A program made the position numbers and the translations under genes. The notes beneath the pieces are model-generated. The model made no database searches, was not told the DNA's origin, and saw nothing but the letters and a program-made list of their open reading frames with translations. From positions 1 to 30,315 of the IMG/VR virus record IMGVR_UViG_3300006029_000045: a DNA stretch of 30,315 nt; one strand, 5' to 3'. Below are positions 25,034-30,315 of this stretch, in pieces (within the stretch, counting starts at the first letter, position 1; each line of letters opens with the position of its first letter). This DNA is from a virus (Duplodnaviria; Caudoviricetes).

Positions 25034-26122
25034 TTATAAGAAGCCTTGCATTCTTCTAGAATACATTCCTGTTGGTTTATACATCGCATCATACTGAAGC
25101 ATAGGCGCACCATAGCCTATTTGTGGCATTTGAGATATTCCTCCTTGACTAGATGAAACCTCATAAGCATTTTCAGCTACTACTACTTGACCTCCGCTAT
25201 AATCATAGTCAGGAGCCTCTGGAGCCATTAGGCTCTGTCCAACTGCCTTCACTGCCTCTGTTCCTGCTGCCGCTAGACTACGCTCTGTGATAAGATAATC
25301 TTTACCTAAATCTGATACTGCATTTTCAGAACCTATAGAAACTCCAGACTCACCTTTAATTCTGTCTAGCAAAGATGGCTTATCAAATCTAACTTCAGGT
25401 ATATCTAAAGGTATATCTGCAGGAACTCCTGATTCAACTGTAAAGCCAGTAGTAGGATCAATTCTTTTTGCTGTAACATCTATAGTCGTATAGTCTCCTG
25501 CCGGAGGCTGACGCACTTCAAGACCTTGCCTAGTTAAGTTTGCTGGCCCAGAAGCAGGATAGGACGTAGTACCTATAGGTTCTGGAGGCCCAGTAAAACC
25601 AGCAGGTATATTATCAGTAGATCTTGCAAAACCATCCCACCACTTTGAACTACCTATAGTAGTATCCCAAGTTTTTCCGGTAGCAGCTGCAGCCTTTTCT
25701 AATGCTCCACCTGTTCCAAATATATTAGAAGCTGCACTTTCTACCTTTATACCGGGAATTTTATTTAGTATAGTTTTACCTATTTCGCCTGTAAAGTTTT
25801 TAACCGCACTAGTAACAGTATTAAATACTCTGCTTGTTCCTGCAGCAAACTTAACAGCAGCGTTAGTAACATGAGCTACTCCTTTTACCAAGGCATTTGT
25901 AGCAGGATTAGCTATTACCGAAGCTGCCCATGTCCCCATATTACCTAAAGTACTTGCGAGAGCTTGCCCAATGCCGGGAAGAATAAAAGCCATTGCAATC
26001 TGACCAACGATTCCAATCTTGTTCATAAACTTGCCAACTTTGCCAGCAACCTTTTTTATACCCTTACCAATCTTTTTAAAGACTTTTTTAACACCTTTAA
26101 ATATCTTACTAAAAAATCCCAT
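25034..26122 (-). CDS. Putative ejection (DNA transfer) protein with amphipathic N-terminus
   Basis: MGFFSKIFKGVKKVFKKIGKGIKKVAGKVGK then a hydrophobic helix and a G/A-rich region. Confidence 0.6.
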   Translation of the reverse strand: MGFFSKIFKGVKKVFKKIGKGIKKVAGKVGKFMNKIGIVGQIAMAFILPGIGQALASTLGNMGTWAASVIANPATNALVKGVAHVTNAAVKFAAGTSRVFNTVTSAVKNFTGEIGKTILNKIPGIKVESAASNIFGTGGALEKAAAATGKTWDTTIGSSKWWDGFARSTDNIPAGFTGPPEPIGTTSYPASGPANLTRQGLEVRQPPAGDYTTIDVTAKRIDPTTGFTVESGVPADIPLDIPEVRFDKPSLLDRIKGESGVSIGSENAVSDLGKDYLITERSLAAAGTEAVKAVGQSLMAPEAPDYDYSGGQVVVAENAYEVSSSQGGISQMPQIGYGAPMLQYDAMYKPTGMYSRRMQGFL

Positions 26123-26131
26123 TTTAATTAC

Positions 26132-28972
26132 CTATGAGCCTATAACTCTATCAGCTATTCCAATTAATGTATTTATATAGTCGGTATCCCCGGCAGCACC
26201 GGGATCATTCGCTAGTGCTGTTGCATACAAAGTAGTTTTACGCTGCTCTTCATTTTCATAAGCTGTTCTCGCGTATGTGGCATCATCACGTAATTGCTGC
26301 CAAGTGTTTGCAAGCTCTTGAGTTGATAAGTTATAAGCTTGCTGTGCTGCCGTTGCGTTTGCTGCGTTCTCAGCGGCAGTATTAATAGTGTTAGCTTGCC
26401 TACGCCATTCAGTATTAGATTGCTCTACGGCTTGAGCATTTTGAGCATTCCACATTTCTCTTTGTTGATCCATAGAAGAATTATATTGATCAACCTGTGC
26501 GGTCAACTGATTGTTAAACTTATCCGCTTCTAATTCATTTTGGGCATTTACAGCTTCCATTCTATTTGCTTCGCTAGCATTGAACTGTGCCATAGCATTT
26601 TGTTGAGAAGCATTAAATTGCTCCATCTGGGAAGCTAAATTAGCATTAAACTGTTCAGTTTGCTGGGCAGACGTAGCTTTAAATTGTTTAGCTGCATTCT
26701 GAGCCGATGCATCACTTAACATACGTTGCTGCTCTATTTGTTGATCTAATACTATTGCTTGTTGCTCGTTAGAAAGATTAGCTAAATCAAACTGTAGAAA
26801 GTTATTAGCATTCTCTATAGATACCCTAGTTCTTTGATCAACAGTAGCCAGATCTAAAGATGCAAGAGCTGTAGCATTCTGCATAGCTGCTTGATGTCTA
26901 GCATTAAAGTCTGTCATAGTAACAGTCTGCATAAACTGACTATTAGCTAGTTGGACTTGTTGATCTGCATTAAACTTAGTCAAATCAATATTAGCTACCA
27001 TCTTAGCATTTTCAACAGCTCTTTGCTGATTTACATTAAGCTGTGCAATACCCATTGCTTGAGCAATATTAGCTTGAGCAAGATTTGTTTCCATTCTTGC
27101 GTTTAGATTAGCCAACTCTGTCTGCTGTGCAGCATTAAGATTATCTGAGCTTGCGTTATTTAATGAAGTAAGATTAGCAAGCTTTACTTGCTGATTAGCA
27201 TCTAGATTTGCTAACTCCATCTGTTGAGTAAAAGCAGCATTTTTACTCATGAAATCTGCTGCTACTTGAAACTCTGCAAGCCTTGCTTGGTTTACTGCGC
27301 TCATGTTCTCACGTTCAGTAAGATTCATGACCTCTAGGTTTGCTAGTTCTATTTGTTGTTCATTAGAAAGATTCTGAGCGTTAGTAGCTTGTACGTTTTG
27401 AACATTGATCTCAGCAGATCTTTGGCGATTAGCCAAGTTCTGTGTACGAATCTGTTGGTTCTGTTGCGCTGTAAGAATCGCTGCATCTTGACGGAACTGG
27501 CTTTGTAGCTGTCCCATCTCTTGTGCCATCTGCGCTGTTTGACTTGCAGCAGTTTGTTGATTGCTTAAATTTTGTAGTCTACGTGTAGAATCTAACTGAG
27601 CAGATTGTAAATTAGCTTGCTGTTCATTAGAAAGATTTTGAGTTGCTCTTTGCTGTAACGCTGTAGCATTCGATTGAGCTAGAGGTATAGCTGATTGAAT
27701 AATTGCATTAAACAGAGCATCCCTGCCTACAGTTGAAACAGACATACCCCTTTGTTGCATCTGGGATTCAACTAGATCTACTGCTGGTTTAGCCCATGCA
27801 GGTACATTACCATCTTCAAGGCCACCTAATAAAGTTTCTAACTGTGAAGATACTAAAGCCTCTTGAGGCAGTGCAGCAACAGCAGCTTGTATTTCTATAG
27901 GCTGTGTATCTATAGCTGCCGTTACTGTCGCAGGATCTTCTACAATAACTTCTGCTACTGACGGAGGTAGATTAGCCACTTCTGCAACCATTGAGGCAGC
28001 AGCACCTTTAGCGGCTGTCCCTTTAATTGCCCTAGACTGAGAAGCTTGATAATTTACTGTGCCTAATATCTGAGCTTCTACGCCTGATGCAGACGTTCCT
28101 GTTATTGCTTCTCGTTGTTGCTTTTCAACTTGAGGAGTTGGAGAAATTTGTATATTAGTTGCAGTAACTCCGGGTACAAAAGAGTTAGGGTCAATTTTAA
28201 AATCAGCAGTACTAGCTAGCCCAACTGAAACATCGCCCATTGTAGCGGCTTTCGCTCTTTGGCTTAGGTCACGAATCTCCTGTATAGAAATAGGAGGACG
28301 CTCAGTTCCTACTGCGGCTACAGTTCTGTTTAGTGCTTTTACTAATTCGGCTTCATATTCTTGAGGCTCAATGTCACCTTGCATTACTGCTTCTTTTATA
28401 GCAGCAGCAGTCGTTGTCATTTCAGCCACTGTTACATTATCAGGAGCTATAATATTTTTAAACTTATCTAGCTGTTGAATAGCAGTATCAGCGGTTACAC
28501 CAGCAGCTATATTAATATCAGTTACTTCAGGTTTCTGTATGTATTTTTCTACAGCAACAGGAGGAGCTTTGTATGTACCGGGAGTATCTTCTGTAATACC
28601 TGCGACAGGAGTTTCCGCTACTAGTTGTGTTTCAAGTTCAGCACCTAAAGCGTCTGCATACATTTGTTCTGACGTTGCTGCATCAAGACCTAAAGCAGCA
28701 CCTACCTCAACAACATTAGCTCCCGTATCTCTAATATATCTGGCTAGCTCTTTTTCCGAGGCATTAGGATTAGCGTCAGCATAGTCCAGAACACCCTTAG
28801 TTAAATCAACAGTAGGGATAGGCTCAATAGGCTCTCCACCGGGGCTAGTGATCTCGGGTGGAATGCCTAGCTCGAAGCGGTACGTGTCATCTGTATTAAT
28901 AGCTCCAGAACCTTCTTGCCTATCTTCGTCAGTCATACCACCGCCAAAGTTTCTTTTTTTTCTTTTAGCCAT
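26132..28972 (-). CDS. Putative ejection/DNA-pilot protein with long N/Q-rich hendecad coiled coil
   Basis: 946 aa; 40 in-phase 11-aa repeats. Confidence 0.65.
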   Translation of the reverse strand: MAKRKKRNFGGGMTDEDRQEGSGAINTDDTYRFELGIPPEITSPGGEPIEPIPTVDLTKGVLDYADANPNASEKELARYIRDTGANVVEVGAALGLDAATSEQMYADALGAELETQLVAETPVAGITEDTPGTYKAPPVAVEKYIQKPEVTDINIAAGVTADTAIQQLDKFKNIIAPDNVTVAEMTTTAAAIKEAVMQGDIEPQEYEAELVKALNRTVAAVGTERPPISIQEIRDLSQRAKAATMGDVSVGLASTADFKIDPNSFVPGVTATNIQISPTPQVEKQQREAITGTSASGVEAQILGTVNYQASQSRAIKGTAAKGAAASMVAEVANLPPSVAEVIVEDPATVTAAIDTQPIEIQAAVAALPQEALVSSQLETLLGGLEDGNVPAWAKPAVDLVESQMQQRGMSVSTVGRDALFNAIIQSAIPLAQSNATALQQRATQNLSNEQQANLQSAQLDSTRRLQNLSNQQTAASQTAQMAQEMGQLQSQFRQDAAILTAQQNQQIRTQNLANRQRSAEINVQNVQATNAQNLSNEQQIELANLEVMNLTERENMSAVNQARLAEFQVAADFMSKNAAFTQQMELANLDANQQVKLANLTSLNNASSDNLNAAQQTELANLNARMETNLAQANIAQAMGIAQLNVNQQRAVENAKMVANIDLTKFNADQQVQLANSQFMQTVTMTDFNARHQAAMQNATALASLDLATVDQRTRVSIENANNFLQFDLANLSNEQQAIVLDQQIEQQRMLSDASAQNAAKQFKATSAQQTEQFNANLASQMEQFNASQQNAMAQFNASEANRMEAVNAQNELEADKFNNQLTAQVDQYNSSMDQQREMWNAQNAQAVEQSNTEWRRQANTINTAAENAANATAAQQAYNLSTQELANTWQQLRDDATYARTAYENEEQRKTTLYATALANDPGAAGDTDYINTLIGIADRVIGS
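26354..27673 (-). repeat. 40 degenerate 11-aa (33-nt) coding repeats
   Basis: QNLSNEQQANL, QNLSNEQQIEL, ANLSNEQQAIV, FNASQQNAMAQ and others, all in register over 1320 nt. Confidence 0.85.
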
Positions 28973-28977
28973 TTATA

Positions 28978-29262
28978 TCACCATTTAACCTTATGTGACC
29001 AGTAACGTGCAGAAAGTTTTGACGGACTTGCATCTTGAGCATTGTGTCTAGCATAGTACGATTTCTTTCTAGCTTTGTCTTTTGCTGTACTAGGATTCTT
29101 ACCAGCACCTTTAACGCCCTGTTGACCAAAGCGAATTGTTTTTATCTTATCTCCAACTTTAGCTACAACAACATGGCTTTTAGTAGGATGACTAGGAGTC
29201 TTTTTAGGTTTGTTAAAACCTGAAACTCCTATTTTTGATAGTCTAGAATCTTTCTGCTTCAT
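28978..29262 (-). CDS. Highly basic phage protein (IRFGQ..SYYARH..YWS..W; DUF5754-like)
   Basis: ATGA overlap with the holin stop; family name from recollection. Confidence 0.65.
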   Translation of the reverse strand: MKQKDSRLSKIGVSGFNKPKKTPSHPTKSHVVVAKVGDKIKTIRFGQQGVKGAGKNPSTAKDKARKKSYYARHNAQDASPSKLSARYWSHKVKW

Positions 29263-29666
29263 GCTTTTCTATCCACCTTTTTAACTTTTTCTACAGTTCG
29301 CATAGCTCCTAAGCCTAACATGCCCATCAATACTGGCATCATTACGTCTAATTGAATCATAGGTACTATTACTTCAGTTTCCATTAACTCTAAAGTCATA
29401 TTAACAAATGGAATAATTAAAAAGTTACCCGCCATACCAAGACAACACACCCAACCAATAGCAGGCCTCCATCCACTGACAAAGACGCTTGCATGTTGCG
29501 CTTCTGTTTTGTTAATCTCTAACTGAGCTTTTACAACCTCATTAGTATGACGTTCACTCATGGTAGCTATTTCATGAGCAAGTTCAGCTTTTTTATCTTT
29601 ATCTTCTATAAATTTATCAAGTACAGCAGATACAGGCCCTATCAATGAATCTACTAATCCAATCAT
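29259..29666 (-). CDS. Holin (GTA 3TM holin family, PF11351-like)
   Basis: SGWRPAIGWVC and GMLGLGAMRTVEK motifs; hydrophobic segments; ATGA overlap at 29663-29666. Confidence 0.85.
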   Translation of the reverse strand: MIGLVDSLIGPVSAVLDKFIEDKDKKAELAHEIATMSERHTNEVVKAQLEINKTEAQHASVFVSGWRPAIGWVCCLGMAGNFLIIPFVNMTLELMETEVIVPMIQLDVMMPVLMGMLGLGAMRTVEKVKKVDRKA

Positions 29667-29905
29667 TCTGCACCCCAAGACATCCAGATACCTACAGCCA
29701 ATGCTGTTAAAATAGATGTTGTTAACATTCTAGCAACTGTTTGACCTACAGTAGATTTAGTTGCTCTCCAAGAATCTAAAAGACCTCTTAACTCTTTTAC
29801 ATCATTATAGGCTTCTTCGTCTGACAACCCGATATCTTTTAGTGCCTGTTTAGCTCCCTTTTCAGCAGCTTGTTGAATTATAGTTTCTAACTCTTGCTGT
29901 TCCAT
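29663..29905 (-). CDS. DUF6127-like membrane protein
   Basis: AAEKGAKQAL-x2-IGL, DVKELRGLLDSWR, C-terminal TM. Confidence 0.7.
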   Translation of the reverse strand: MEQQELETIIQQAAEKGAKQALKDIGLSDEEAYNDVKELRGLLDSWRATKSTVGQTVARMLTTSILTALAVGIWMSWGAE

Positions 29906-29919
29906 ATTTATATACCATT

Positions 29920-30315
29920 CTACAATATAATGGAAGTGGCTCCCATTACAGTTACAAATATTAATATTACTACAACACCTACAATTGTTAAGTCTATAAA
30001 TGCTGCTTTTGTTTGAGCGGCCTCTTTAGCTGCTTTAATTCTAGCGTTTCTTATTCGGGATCTTTCTCGTATCATTTCAGTCCAAAGATGTCCGTTACCT
30101 GTCCATAAAAATATATCTTTCAATTCACGTTCTAGATTTTCTGCACGTTGTTTCTGTAGAGTTACTTCTAATGCTTGAGCTTCTACAGATTTTCCTCCAA
30201 ACAATTTCTGAATCTTGCTAGGGTTGGTTGCTTTCTGTTCTAAAATACTTACTTCTTCTCTGGCATCCCAGAAAGCACCTATAGCCCTGCTTAAATCTTG
30301 TATCTCTTGTCCTTT
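29920..30315 (-). CDS. Phage membrane protein with C-terminal TM, 5'-truncated
   Basis: Frame stays open from the window edge (KGQEIQDLSRAIGAFW..) to the stop at 29920. Confidence 0.7.
   Translation of the reverse strand, partial: KGQEIQDLSRAIGAFWDAREEVSILEQKATNPSKIQKLFGGKSVEAQALEVTLQKQRAENLERELKDIFLWTGNGHLWTEMIRERSRIRNARIKAAKEAAQTKAAFIDLTIVGVVVILIFVTVMGATSIIL

Larger units (their letters stand above)
1..30315. mobile_element. Bacteriophage genome fragment (T7-related podovirus, two convergent arms; Zobellviridae/cobavirus-like architecture)
   Basis: T7-like primase-helicase, PolA, endonuclease I, SSB and RNR on +; holin, lysozyme and large internal virion proteins on -; dense overlapping genes; no host housekeeping genes or integrase. 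Confidence 0.93.

Noticed and set aside
19217-29223. Plus-strand ORFs inside the late arm
   Set aside because: Antisense shadows of long minus-strand genes with Ser/Leu-rich composition.
1-30315. tRNA genes, attachment sites, alternative genetic code
   Set aside because: No intergenic space or cloverleaf seen; no integrase; long ORFs are intact and all three stop codons are used.

Overview
The whole window is a fragment of a lytic, T7-related podovirus genome, probably marine, with two convergent arms. The + arm (1-16360) starts with small early genes: a GP88-like Cys-rich protein, a DUF932-like protein, a pyrimidine-dimer glycosylase and several very acidic proteins. It continues with a replication and nucleotide module: SSB, gp4-like primase-helicase, family A DNA polymerase, three PD-(D/E)xK nucleases including a Cas4-like one, endonuclease I, DUF3310 and class Ia nrdA/nrdB. 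The - arm (30315 to 16353) carries membrane proteins and a holin, five probable internal virion/ejection proteins and a T4-type lysozyme. No RNA polymerase, capsid, terminase, integrase, tRNA or CRISPR array is visible. The most unusual element sits in the late arm between the largest virion protein and the lysozyme: an unannotated 56-aa lipoprotein followed by a secreted c-type cytochrome fused to a PHM/DBH-type two-copper monooxygenase with all metal ligands intact. Other notable signals are a duplicated RNase III-like hairpin with a compensatory base-pair swap, 40 uninterrupted Asn/Gln-rich hendecad repeats in a probable DNA-ejection tube protein, an antimicrobial-peptide-like N-terminus, and recurring R-x-x-F-x-x-G-G motifs that bound C-terminal cargo modules. 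Family names come from motif recognition only; no database search was run.
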